A stretch of DNA of 63,784 bases, counting the filler, from Lenisia limosa (taxonomy: Eukaryota; Protista; Breviatea), in the NCBI GenBank assembly GCA_001655205.1. It is 9 parts of 9 records of this genome, joined end to end, with 100 filler letters (N's around TTAATTAATTAA, not from the genome) between each part and the next. Parts side by side here need not be neighbours in the genome. Positions count along the whole stretch, not along the records: positions 9,735 to 33,168 come from LPNZ01009059.1; 8 more parts are not named here. One strand, given 5' to 3'. Each line of letters begins with the position of its first letter. The stretch's first letter is position 1. Shown in pieces: positions 11,862 to 24,800 of this stretch. The notes beneath the pieces are model-generated. The model saw nothing but the letters and a program-made list of their open reading frames with translations, was not told the DNA's origin and did no database searches. Position numbers and translations under genes: made by a program.

Positions 11862-14800
11862 ATGGTATTAGGGGTCTTCCAGGCTACCTTATCACCCTAG
11901 ATAATCTGTATCAGTTTTTTGAAGAGATATAAGAATATAACAGCCTTTAGAAACGTCATGCTGCCCCTAAGAAGAAGGGTGGTAAGTTCACCAAAGGAAA
12001 GAAAGGCAAGGGGAAGAAGCCAGTTCAGCAAGTTGAATCAGAGCATGATGAACATGTGGTATGACGGCTTACGTATTTGTGTCTTCAAAAGGGAATTGTT
12101 TTATTATTTTTGGAAAGACTGATCTATCACATGAGGCGTGCCCTTATATTTGTAGGGAAGTGATGTTGAGCTCGAGACTGGTGGATTAGGAGGCCAAGAT
12201 GAGGACATTTCATCATCATCAGGTTGGCAATTTCTTCCTGCACTTCAGTGAAGAGAAATAGTTTCTCCATTATTCTCAATATACATCCTCGCCTTTTCAT
12301 GAACATCATATTAGACGACGAGCGGTCAGAGAGCTGTGAAAGCGACATGGAAGACATTGATGCCGAAGATGATCAGTTCTTTGATGCAATGGATATGTTC
12401 GACAAATCAGAGGATCAAGTATGATGGCTTTTTAATTCAATATTCTTCATTATTACTGGCACATCTCCCTCTTTTTTTAAATAATCCACTTGACTGATAG
12501 TAAGTTGTAAAAGAAGGGGGTCTATTGATGGTTAGCCTCAGTTCATCTTTAATCCTGTATCATTAAAGAATGGTTGTTCTATCTGTCTTGTTTAATAATC
12601 CAGGTTGCCAAGCTGATTTCCAAAGGAACAGATTTAGTTGATGAATCGGTTAGTTCTACTATGTATACATGTACATAGTATGTATAAATAATCATATACT
12701 ATAGATATACATATGTATATATATGTACAGTATATCAATAATGAAAGCACATATCAGATACAGGAATAATTGAATTACTGATAACCCTGTGGACAATTAA
12801 TACTTTATGTTTTGACAGGCGTTGTTGGGTTTTCATTGTTGTAGGAAGAAGACGAAGACGTTTTTTCGATGTCGGAAGGCGAAGATGACGAGGCTGGTTC
12901 GGGGGAGCACTTTTTTTTACCAAAAAAAATCCCCGGTGCTTGACTCTTCATCGAAGTACTGAACATACTATGTCAGGTTAAAATGATAATATTTCGAAGG
13001 GAAGCATGTTGACAACATTACAATAATACCGTTTCCTATTTCTTCGAAGTTTACTATTTAGGAGCGAAAGCACTGGCAAAGTCGTTGAGGAAAATGGATC
13101 GTCCAGGTATGGGGTAATGATGATGATGGTTTGTTCTATGACATGGTAATCTATTTTTTAATTTCTCATTGCTATATATATAATATATACATATATACTA
13201 TATGATATATATGTATGTATGTATATCATATACTATATGATAGATCTGGTAAGATACAATACCCTCTTTTGCTTAATATCTCCAGAGAAGACAGGGCACA
13301 GTACTGTCATGGAGAACCGAAGCGAAGGAGCTTTCAACCTCTCAGGTTGGTGACAATATCACTGATTACTGTTTGTACGTCACTTTTGACCTTGAATATA
13401 ATTAACTTACGATTTAGGAAAGGATGGAAGTGTAACACTTGCTGACCTTGTGGAGACTTTTGACTCTGGCGAAATGGCCACTACGGCAGCTCAGGACCTG
13501 AAGCGACAGAGCAAAACAACTGGAACGGTTGCAGTCAGTGAAACCCAGGAGATTAAGGGTGGGAAAATGTGAAAGCAAGAGTTTCAGAACTTGTTTATAC
13601 AACAAGATGTGACTTATTGACTCTTTTTCTTGATCTTGATTCCTCAACCAGTTTGACCATTCAGCCGATCGAAAAGCTGCCTACGAAGAGGCATCTGCTG
13701 AGGTGGAGAAATGGAAGGATTTTGTTGACGGCAATCGCAAGGTTTGCTTTTCAAAGGACTGACAATGCTAATATGGTTTTGATACCCCAAACATTGTGCT
13801 CCCTGACCCTCCAGCTGAAAACGTTGATCTTCTCAAAGCCTCTCAAACATAACGTTACCACTGCCTCTCTCGCCACCACTCAATTCAACGTAATTAAAAA
13901 TGTGGGTAAATGCACATAACACACCACCCACCACGCACACACACATGCACCCACACACATACACCTGAAATTCACCCGTATTTTACTTTTTTATATCCCA
14001 AAGAAGGAAGGCCTTTGAGGGCTTTTTTAAGCTTTGCAAAGATATGATATCTCTTCCCTGACATTATAAAGCATCTTTGAGTGATACTTAACATCACAGG
14101 AGCCAGATTCTATGGAGGCTCAGATCCAGGCCATCTTGGACGCCAACAATATGGGAAGTGAAAAGCAGATTATGCGTGCAGAGGCTGAAATGGAGGCCAA
14201 ATTGGATCCCGAAGAGGTAGGGAAGAGTGACTTTGGGGAGAGGGGGGTAGTTGTTCATTTTAACTTTTCAGATTGAAGAACGCAGGAACGCTCTAGCCCA
14301 TGAACGCGCATTGTTAACCAGGTTGGTCATTTCAGACCGTTAATATTGATTATTACTGAGGGTTACTATCATCCGTCGTAGACGGCTTCGGATAGATACT
14401 TCCTTTTATTATTTTTGATTTCCACATATTGATCACTTTCGATCCTTCTTTTCATCGCTAAAGAGTGATACCTAATGCAGTTAAGCACTCCTTTATCTTC
14501 TACTAATACTCCGCAGATTTGAAATGAAGGCCCGACGAGTTAAGCGCATTAAGTCAAAGAAGTATCATCGTATTCTGAGGCGCGAAAAAGAGCGCGGGGT
14601 GGGGGGGGGGTATAAAAGCTTAAATCATTTATTACACTTGTACTATGAGATTATGATCATGCTTTTCGTGATGATAGTATTGTTTTCTCACAATCGCAGC
14701 TTCTTGATGCGGGCGATATTGAAGGATTGTCCGAAGAACAACTCAAAGAACAAGCTGAATTGGCGGCACGACAGAGAGCTGAAGTTGGGGGAGGGGGGGG

Positions 14801-17582
14801 GAGCATTCTTGTATCTATCTTCCAGTTAGTATTCACTTTGGCATTGGTTCACCATATAGGAGCGACTTCTTCTTCGACACAAAACCAGCAAATGGAAGAA
14901 GCAGGCACTGCGGTTTGGCAAGCATGATAAAGTAGGCCCTAACCACAGAGTTGTTCTTATTGTTGTACTTAGGGCTTCCCAACGGTCCCAAAAAAGACCA
15001 AATCTCGGGATAAATTCGCGATAAATATCGATATTTAAACGGTCTTTTTCGGACCGTAGGGAACCCCTAGTTGTACTCTCATGGAATGTGAAGGAACATT
15101 ATTAACCCTCAAGACCACTCGACAAATGGTATCAGCGCAGAACAAACAAGGCCTCGAACTCACAGAGAAGTCAGCTGCTCGTAAGCCTCCCATTTTGTAA
15201 CATGTTACTATGATCCCGAATAGTGTCCTATTAAATCATCATCCGATTATATATAATTACTACAGAAATTCTGCTTGATGAGATGGAGGGTGAAGACGAC
15301 GAAGAGCTAGGTTGGTTCATCATCCCCTCACTCGTTTTTTTTTTTCATCGTATTTTGAGAAAGGTGGTTGCGAACATCCCTTATGGTAATTATATTTTGA
15401 TTGGAGATTGAAGCCCCATTTCTTGCTTTTAGAACAGTTAATCTGTACAAACCCAAGGGTTACCTGTCATAGCAAGGTTTCTTGAGTTTGTGTAGACTAA
15501 AGGGTCAAGACTAGAAATATGAACAACCCAATCTTCCCTCGTTTTACTCACGCCTCTAGTTACGGATGACTCAGAGTACTCTGAGCTATCTGATTCTGAA
15601 GGTAAGCCTTTCCCTGTTGGGAAAGAGAATGAAATATTGGGCTTTTGGGCCTATTTGTTTTATAATAAAACACCAGTTTTCTGTATTATGTTTATGTGTC
15701 TCCAGTTTATTAATCTGTTGCAGAAGAAGAGGAAAAGAAGCCACACAAGCTGAAAATTGAAGATGAAGACAGTTCTGAGATCGATTCTGATGACGTANNN
15801 NNNNNNNNNNNNNNNNNNNNNNNNNNNNNNNNNNNNNNNNNNNNNNNNNNNNNNNNNNNNNNNNNNNNNNNNNNNNNNNNNNNNNNNNNNNNNNNNNNNN
15901 NNNNNNNNNNNNNNNNNNNNNNNNNNNNNNNNNNNNNNNNNNNNNNNNNNNNNNNNNNNNNNNNNNNNNNNNNNNNNNNNNNNNNNNNNNNCCGGCGCCG
16001 CCACTGGTCGGCGAGTCTTCAACGCGCCACCTGTGGCCCAGAAGAAGAAGCCCATCAGAGCCGAGAAGAAGAACAAGGAGAAGAAGGAGGCAAAGGAGAA
16101 GGATGGCCGTCCAAGCAAGGCGCGTGCGTCCGAGAAGGTTGTCATTGATGAGACTGTTCAGGAGAAGAAGGTTGCGCCCGTGAAGAAGGATGAACAGCCA
16201 ACTGCCAAGAAGAAGAAGGGAAAGAAGGCGGCGAGAGTGAGTATTGTACAGCCTGATGGTGACGAAGTCAAATCGGAAGAGGGCAAAGACATCAAAATGA
16301 ACACTGAAGATGCCATGCAGAAGGCTCTTGTTAACCAGGCTTTTACTGTGGGTAGTTTTGGAAGGTGAACTTGTGGTTTGATATTGCTGTTGGTAAAAAC
16401 TTACATTTTAGATGCAACTTCCTGAGACCACATTTGACGAAGACGTTGCTGAGGCGGAAGCGACTAACGTGGATTACGATGGTTGGTCTTGGATGATATA
16501 CTAACAATGATTGCGATTGCTCTTCTGATGCTATTTTAATTATATGTTTGGAATGGTCTCAATACTGATGAATATTTCAGGAGACAACTTTGAAAAGGCA
16601 AAATTGAAGGCAATGGAGAAAGAAGCCGGCATTGACGTCAAGGTGAGGATACGGGGTTTTCTTTTTCGTCAGCTCGTGTGCTTGCATTTTTAATTTCTTA
16701 GTTTGTTTTATTCGTTTTCAACCATTACTTTACCCTTTTAAAACCTCTATTATTTCTCTGAAATGACGTTTGCATCTTACTTTCGAGGGAGACAAGACGC
16801 TGCCCGGCTGGGGAGACTGGGGTGGAATGGGAAGTGATATGTCTGCTTTTGCTGCCAAGGCCAAAAAGCGCAAGCGTGAAAGAGAGAACAAAAGAAAGCG
16901 TCTTATGGCTGTGGGCTGGACTTCACGTTGTATCATTGTGTATTTAGAACTGATATCGCTGTACAGCCAGCCGTCAGTCTCACTTTACTTCACAGGAACA
17001 CAAGTTGAAGCGTACTGATAGGAACCTTGGCCATGTCATCATTAACTCAAAACAAGACAAAAAGGTTTGCCTTTGTCATAATGGACAATTAAAATATACT
17101 AATATTTTGCGGAGTTCTCCCTTCCTGTGTGATTACCCCTTAAGATGGCGGCATACCAAGTCAACAAGCCGTTCGGATACACAACTGACAGAGCATATAA
17201 CAGATCTGTGGAGGGTGCCATCGGTACGCTGAGGGCTTCGATGATACTCCCCTTAATTAAATTACATTGCACTATATTCACTCTCAAGGCACTGAATGGA
17301 ACACACCACGCTACGCAGCGCGTCTACGTTTGCGCGATGTCACTACCGACGCGGGTGTTAACATTGCTGCTCCTGAGCTTTCAAAGAGCTCCTACAAAAC
17401 TTTCAGGTTCATGGGGCTTTGTTGAGTATTGTTCCGTTTTAATAAGAATAATTAGAATTTAATGTAGTTGGGAAAGTTGAAATTAGTCATAATGATTTGT
17501 ATTTTCATGGTCTGATTTCCTCAGGGCCAAGCAAGCAAAGCAAAAGAACATGCGCAAGACCAAGGCTCCAGGAAAGTTCTAG
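11862..17582 (+). CDS. UTP14: U3 snoRNA-associated protein 14 (SSU processome); start position approximate
   Basis: Motifs MKARRVKRIKSKKYHRIL, DKTLPGWGDWGG, HVIINSKQDKK, YQVNKPFGY..YNRSVEGAIG|TEWNTP. Ends KAPGKF* (TAG 17580-17582). Confidence 0.92.
14970..15069. mobile_element. hAT-type MITE copy with perfect 8-bp TSD (UTP14 intron)
   Basis: TIR TAGGGCTTCCCAACGGTCC; TSD GTTGTACT at 14962-14969 and 15070-15077. Confidence 0.92.
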
Positions 17583-17844
17583 GCGGTATTGGTTATGGTT
17601 GCTATTTCAATTGAATGACATGTAATAAAATGTGCAAGGAAACATGAGTCACAAAGTTGCTGGTGTTGGGTAAGTTAGTTGTTGTGAGTTTTTGCTTGGT
17701 TATTTTTGCGTTTTTGCAGTCAAGTAGACTGTCGCATGAAAATTAGTATTCCACCAGACAAATAGTGGTGGAAACCGAGTTTCGGAGAGTGGTGGATGGT
17801 GGAAACTCTTGTTGCCAGTTGTTCAACTGGCGGTAGTAGTACAT

Positions 17845-17893
17845 TGAGTCATTGAGTCTCTTCGATTGAGTCACAGCAGTCACAGTTGAGTCA
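17845..17893. promoter_or_regulatory. Cluster of three TGAGTCA (AP-1/GCN4-type bZIP) sites upstream of the zinc transporter
   Basis: Exact TGAGTCA at 17845, 17867 and 17887 plus two TGAGT half-matches, ~500 bp before the ZnT ATG. Function is inferred. Confidence 0.4.
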
Positions 17894-18398
17894 TTGAGTA
17901 GTAAACAGTTTCAGCTATGTGTAGTTATGTAATTAGGTACAAATTAGGTCTAATTATTAATTATTATATATATATCTATATGTATTATATATAACGATTA
18001 TGCCAAAAACAGCTGAAAAACAGCGGTGGAAGGCCATCTGTCCCTCTTGAGTCCCTCTGACTTGCTCTCTGGCCTGGCTCTGGCAGGGCTGGCCTTTAGG
18101 AGCTTTTAAAGCGGACCTTGGAGGAATATATGAACGCGCTGTAACATTTGTTACATTTGTTACACTCCCTTTGCTTGCTTTCTGCTCCCCCAACCCCCAC
18201 CCAGCCCCCACCCCCAAACACCCTAGCTCAACAGCTCAACAACAACAAAAAAAAAGTAGCTGAAAAGAAAGAACGAGAAAGAGAAAGAAAGAAAAACTGA
18301 AGAGGACCCACCCGACCCACCAACCCACCATTGAACTTGCCGCAACCAACCCACCACAGCCACAACAACCACCAAAAAACTCTCCGAGAGACTGAAGA

Positions 18399-20808
18399 AT
18401 GGGTCACTCCCACCACCATCATCAAAGCCATGATCACAACCATGATCATCATCATGAGGAACAAAAATGGTAGGTGCAACACCTTGTATATCAGCATCCT
18501 TGAGTAACGCCTTTTTAGGTACAAAGACCCTACTTCTCGAAACATGGGTATCATGACCATTATGGTATGAGAAGGTTGAATCTCTTTGTTAATCAAAATG
18601 AAATGGAATCATCTATCGGAATTTTTTTCTTTTCTTCCACCTTCCTTGCTTAGTATCGGCCACGCTGTCTGTCCCTATTTCAAAACCACAACCAACAACC
18701 ATTAGCTTATATTGAAATAGATATAGTACATGTAGTTAGTAGTATCATCCTCCAATGATTAGTGATTAGGATGAGGGAATCTTAACTTTTTGGTTTTCAG
18801 AGCGCATTACCTTTATCCGCTTACTCGCTAGGTTTCCGTGTTCTTCTTCATTGAGCTCTTTGCTGGAATTGCCTTTGGAAGTTTGAGTCTCCTCTCTGAC
18901 GCAATGCACATGATGAGTGACGCTGGCGCCTTGGTCGTTGCTTTAGGGGCAAGACAGGTTGGTGGTTGATTTTTGAAGGAGAGAGGGGTCACAACTGTTT
19001 AGTTTTCTTTGTGTATAAAACAATTGAAATATGAGTATTTCTACTTTGCTAACTCTTTAGCTTTCAAAAAGAACATCTTCAAGTCGATTGACATTCGGAT
19101 TTGCGCGCGCTGAGACTCTGGTATGTCACTCGAATGGGGTTGCCTGATGTAGACTTGTTGTTTGGGCTGCTTTATCACTGACCAACTAGGGTGGTGTTTA
19201 CAATGCGGTGTTCCTGATTGCAGTCTGCGTTTTCATCATTGTGGAGGCCTTTGAGCGGTTCCTTGATCCTCCTGGTGCGTCGATCAGCTACCTTATGCTT
19301 CTTAGGGACAGCTGTGGTGTTAAAGGACTGTTTACATTTTTAGAGGATCTAATAATCCAGGTCTAAAGAACCCTCTTGGAGTTGCCTTTGTCGGCCTCCT
19401 TGGCTTGATCATGAACGTAGTTGGCCTTTTCCTCTTCCATGACCACGGTCACGGTCATCATCATTGTTGGATGGGGAAAACAAATCTAATATCATTTGAT
19501 GCTTTGAGTAGTTTGATAAGGATATCTTGTCACTTTCTTATTGATTCAGCTGATAATGACCCTCTCCTTGAGTCTTCATCATGTATGTTGGGGTTGGAAA
19601 ATGCATGATCACGGCCTTGTTGTTTTTTTTGTCACATCAACGTAGCAACATACGGGACATCTCCGAACATTTCCCACTCTGAGGAGCATGGGCATGGACA
19701 CAGTCATGGCGGACACTCGCATGAAGTAGCCTGGGAAGTAATGAAAATTTCAAATCCCTTTTTCAATCAGTTTCATATTTCAAATCTGATATGTCCTTTT
19801 CGATGCTTGACATTTTAGAATATGAATGTGAGGTCAATTTTCCTTCATGTTTTGGGTGATGCGCTTGCAAACGTTTCTGTCATCTTAGCTGGTGAGGGGA
19901 TGCGATTTGTTGGACAGCCATTTGCAGTATTTTTCCTCTCTCACTTCAATGAAACGCAGGTCTGTGTGTCTACTTCTTCGATGGGGATTGGACCTACTAT
20001 GTTGACCCCCTTGCCTCTTTGATCATTTCTGTTCTCATCCTCAAGGCATGTATTCCTCTCGGTAAGGGGGTTGATTCATGAAAATGATATCTTGCTCTTA
20101 GTGTTGTTATATTATTATATCATGTTGTCATACATTTTTATTAATCTTTTCACCCCCCCCCCCCGCAGTTCATCATTGCTCCATGCTTCTCCTGCAAGCA
20201 GCGCCAGTAGATTTAGACCAAGATGAATTGGAGTGGGGGGGGGGTGCCTCTTACATCGGAGTACGAACTTATTTTACATCGGAGTACGAATTTATTTTTG
20301 ACACTATTATAAAAAATACAGTATAATGTAGTCAATTGAAACCAGTTTGCAATTTTTTTAAAAAAATATTGTCTGCGATGACCATGTTTTGTGTGGAGTG
20401 GGATAATATTTCATTTTAAGTTCGCAATGCTAACGATCAGGCGGCGTCTGGAGAACATCGCTCAAATCCATGAGCTCCATATTTGGGAAGTTGGCAGGGA
20501 TTCAACAATTTAATTCTGTATTCTCAACAAAATGTTATTTATTACCACCAAGCTTGCCGATAAAGTGACGGTGTGCACACTGCATGCAAGTATCCAGCCC
20601 TCAGAAGACCATATCGATATCTCCCGCAGGCTCAAAGCCATCCTCCATTCATTCAGTGAGTAAACCATCTCCCTATGCATTGATATGACGAGTTCCATGG
20701 CATTTATTCAATTTTAGTGCCACCATGTTTACGTTTATAGAGATCCATAGCTCGACAATTCAGGTGGAAGTCGGCCCCTTAGAGGTACGTAAAGAAACGA
20801 TTCATTGA
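18399..20808 (+). CDS. Cation diffusion facilitator (ZnT1/Zrc1-like) zinc transporter; last exon uncertain
   Basis: His-rich N-terminus MGHSHHHH, SLSLLSDAMHMMSD, TFGFARAETLGG..NAVFL, FHDHGHGHHH loop, NMNVRSIFLHVLGDAL, YVDPLAS, IHELHIW, IHSSTIQVE. Confidence 0.92.
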
Positions 20809-21849
20809 GAGCTTCAATCTGGTACTTGACCTCAGGGGGTTGGAAATTGGAATCGAAAAAGTTTGATAACTTTGCTTTTAGTTAAATGAGGCTTTGAGCT
20901 GAAAATGAGGGATTATGAAAAAAAAAAAAAAAGTCATTTTCCGTCGTTAAATAAGTTTCTGTACCTTACCGGACAAGAAATCTTGTTCACAAATTTCCTC
21001 TCTTTTTTTTTCGGAGTAGAGGGTGCTTTCCTGTATCTGTAGCCCTGAATCTTTTGACCCACATAGAGATGTAACCTTTTGTGTTCGCACAACTGTGAAG
21101 AGCCAAAATGCTGCAAAGTTTGTGGGACTCTTTTAAGATGTCATAGAAATTCTTGATTTCCTGTGAAATAATCAACTGTGCCCATTAACCTTCTAATCTT
21201 GGCAGCGATCAGCTGCAATTTCGGCGGAAAAAATCAAAGAAGTCCTCCCCCCTGCCCCTATCGCGACTGTAAGAAATGTTATATTGATGGCCCACTACAA
21301 TCAATTCACATGTCCCTTTTTTTTTTTGTCTTTTTACGTCTTACTTCGCAGTCTCCCGGACTCACTGAAGCCCAGGAACCGTGCCTCCTTTAGAGTTTTA
21401 GTATTCATATTGTATATCGTGAAGAAAATAGACCATCTTTATTACAATTCGCGATCTTGTACTCCCTTTTTCGTTTCCACACGCTCAGTCTGCAGTTGAG
21501 CTGTTGAATGATCTGCCATCCTTTTCAAGAATCTTTGATAATCGCCCTGTTCGTCGGAAACTTTTCAAAATATAAACAACTCCACCATTAGATCTAGAAA
21601 GAAAGAATACCTTGAACCCTAGAACCGTCTTTGCTGCTTGCGACGGTTATTGTTGCTCTGTACCACCATACGATGGCTTTTCGTGTCCTTCTCTGCCATA
21701 AGTATGGAGCTGATCGAATTCCTCACCATTTCGCCGGTGGCCCTTAACATGGGTAAGACGGTTATTATGGGAGGAGATTTCCCCCCAGATCTGAATATAG
21801 GCTCTTTTAGAGACTATTGTGGGATAGCATGTAAATTCGCAATGGTAGC

Positions 21850-24800
21850 TTACGAGGCATTCAGTTCGAACTTGAAGGCGCTTGCAATTGAGGACTCGTT
21901 CCAGGGGAGCTGCTGAACAGGGATGTAGCTCGTTGCAGCACAATCGTTTCGTTTGAAGACATCGCACGCCTAAGTAGAAATAAAACCTATGCGGAGATTG
22001 TGCAACGGCGAGAGTGGTAAGAGAGAGGCAGCATAAATTCCAACCTTCTTGATTTCCTCCTTGATGAAGTCTTGAGATACAACAGTCAACGGACGAGTCA
22101 ACACGTTGGACCGGTCCAAGATGTCCATGATTACCGGACCTAGGGTGTAAGCAAAACGAGGTATTGAAAGAACCGCTGAAATCTACAAAACCCCAAGTGT
22201 GAACAATACACCAACCAATTTTGTTGTGACTTGGGTATTCATCTCTTTGGTTATTGTAGAAGCCGTTGAGATCAATGCTGAACCTTTTACTGGAGAACAG
22301 TGCTGAGAGGAAGCCGAAGAATCCTGGAACTGCCATCCAAACCTAAAGGCGTCATCCAAAAAAAACCAATAAAAATGACAAAGCGATTAATGTAACTGGT
22401 CACACCCCCACGTTAGCTTTCTCTTCATCAGGAGCCCAGCGTCCCAGGTTGCTTGAATCACAAACATCTTCATGATCTCCCAAAACTGCTGGCTTCGGTG
22501 TCTGGACTGTGAATGGGACTTCGTTGGGATTCATTCCTTCGTTGATTGAACCGCAACTAGTGTTATTATGAGTTGTATTTCCTGTTTTGTTTTCCATCAT
22601 CAACATTAAATGCCCCCCCCCCCACAGATTCCATGGACTTCTTCCTTCCACGTATCATGTTAATAAGGGAGTCGGATTTGGATTGGCTGTTTTTCGTGGA
22701 AATTGGAACTTGAATGTGCAGAGGTTTTTCCTGCGTGGTGAGAAAATGGATACAGCAGTTGTACTCTCAATATCTTTATGGTAACACTATATCATATACA
22801 CATTTGGAAAAGTTACAATGAAATAATAAGTTCAACAAACCAGAAGCTCAATAGTGTCTGAATCCGAATCTGACGAAGAGCTGGAATCGCTATCGAACAT
22901 GACCACCCTGAACAGTAAGATACAAACCAGAAACGGGGGGAGGGGATCGACAAGACTATGGGAGCAGCAACTCCAACTGGTTTGTCTTCGGAGGGCGAGA
23001 AAGGGAAGCCACGGGGGGAGGCATTTCAACGTCTGGCCTGAATTGCAGCGGGTTACCTTTTTCAGGTTTCAAGGGATGCATTGTTGAAAGGTAGTGTAGC
23101 ACCAGCATGACCCAACAGTATGACGACAGTGTGGATTCTGCAATGTTAGTATGCGGAATACGAGAATACTCTTATGAGAAAGACATAGATTTTCAATCAA
23201 TTCTGCTCTAACTAAATGTATCACCGGTCTTTAGGACAGCAATGATAAACTGTGCATGCCCCCCCCCCCCNNNNNNNNNNNNNNNNNNNNNNNNNNNNNN
23301 NNNNNNNNNNNNNNNNNNNNNNNNNNNNNNNNNNNNNNNNNNNNNNNNNNNNNNNNNNNNNNNNNNNNNNNNNNNNNNNNNNNNNNNNNNNNNNNNNNNN
23401 NNNNNNNNNNNNNNNNNNNNNNNNNNNNNNNNNNNNNNNNNNNNNNNNNNNNNNNNNNNNNNNNNNNNNNNNNNNNNNNNNNNNNNNNNNNNNNNNNNNN
23501 NNNNNNNNNNNNNNNNNNNNNNNNNNNNNNNNNNNNNNNNNNNNNNNNNNNNNNNNNNNNNNNNNNNNNNNNNNNNNNNNNNNNNNGTTTATATCCAACT
23601 ACATTCATATGATATGAAAATGACAATAAAACCTATTAGCTGTTTGAGGACGGGTGGTTCAAATCTGCCTCTCGCCTACCACATATCCACTGGAACTCCA
23701 GACCAATTGAACTTCACAATCGGAACACGTGCCTAACTTCGTTAATTGTGTCATTATTAGCAATCAATATGAAACAGCCCCTCCCTCCAACGAATCGAAT
23801 AGCATTGACCTCACTAGCACCCATTCTAAAGGCCATAGAAGTTACAAAGCCAAGTGCCTTCTGAGTGGCCGACTTGCTGAGCTCCTTATTTCCACAAAGG
23901 GCCACATCAATGTCCGACCCAGCTGTGGGGGTAAAATTGGAAAATTTATGAAACAAAAAGAGCCCAAATCAANNNNNNNNNNNNNNNNNNNNNNNNNNNN
24001 NNNNNNNNNNNNNNNNNNNNNNNNNNNNNNNNGAGGGAGAAAACTCCGAAATAGCACAAGTGAGGTGACTCAACTCCCCTTTCCTACTCATAGCAAGGCC
24101 ATAAGTCAATGAACCGAAAAGATAAAGGTCTGACTGTCGAAGCATGCCCGGGCATTCTAAAACAGAAGATAAAAAGGATAAGAGGAGTACGCGATCATGA
24201 TACCTATTATTATCTATCAATTATTACAAACTAATTATGAGCTTTGTGGCTTGCGCAAGGAACCTACGGTTATTATTTCTCAGTTTCTGCCTAGCTGCCC
24301 TTATTAACATACTGCAACCAACATAAATGCCACCTACTTCGCAAGAACTGGTTTCTGATAAATTGGAAGGTAGAATATCTGCAGCGCTAAAATGGTAAGC
24401 AGTATCCCATTAATATAACATCAAGTAAGGGGAAGCAGTTCCACTATGAGTCATCATCAATATGGTGAAGACATCACCCCCCCCCCACTATTTCGTCAAG
24501 GGACAGTGTCCAAGATTGTGCGAGCTGAGAGACAGGGCAGTTTGGTGGTAGTTGGGGGAGTAACGGGACTCCCATGGCAATCCATCGATCAACTTCATCT
24601 GAAGCGAGAATAAAACAGGGGGGTGACATAATTAGCATTACTAAATATGATATGTGCTGTACATATCATATGAAAAAATAGCATCACAAAAACATATCTT
24701 TGAAAAAACACAAAATTGACCCAAAATATAGTTAGCGAGAATAAGCTTGAGAATTTTCCACAATGAATGCGATTGGAAACCCGTACCTGTACGAAGAGAC

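Noticed and set aside
21647-22336. 229-aa ORF as a stand-alone gene
   Set aside because: Only its first part is a true exon of the nucleotidyltransferase; the rest is intron or out-of-frame read-through.
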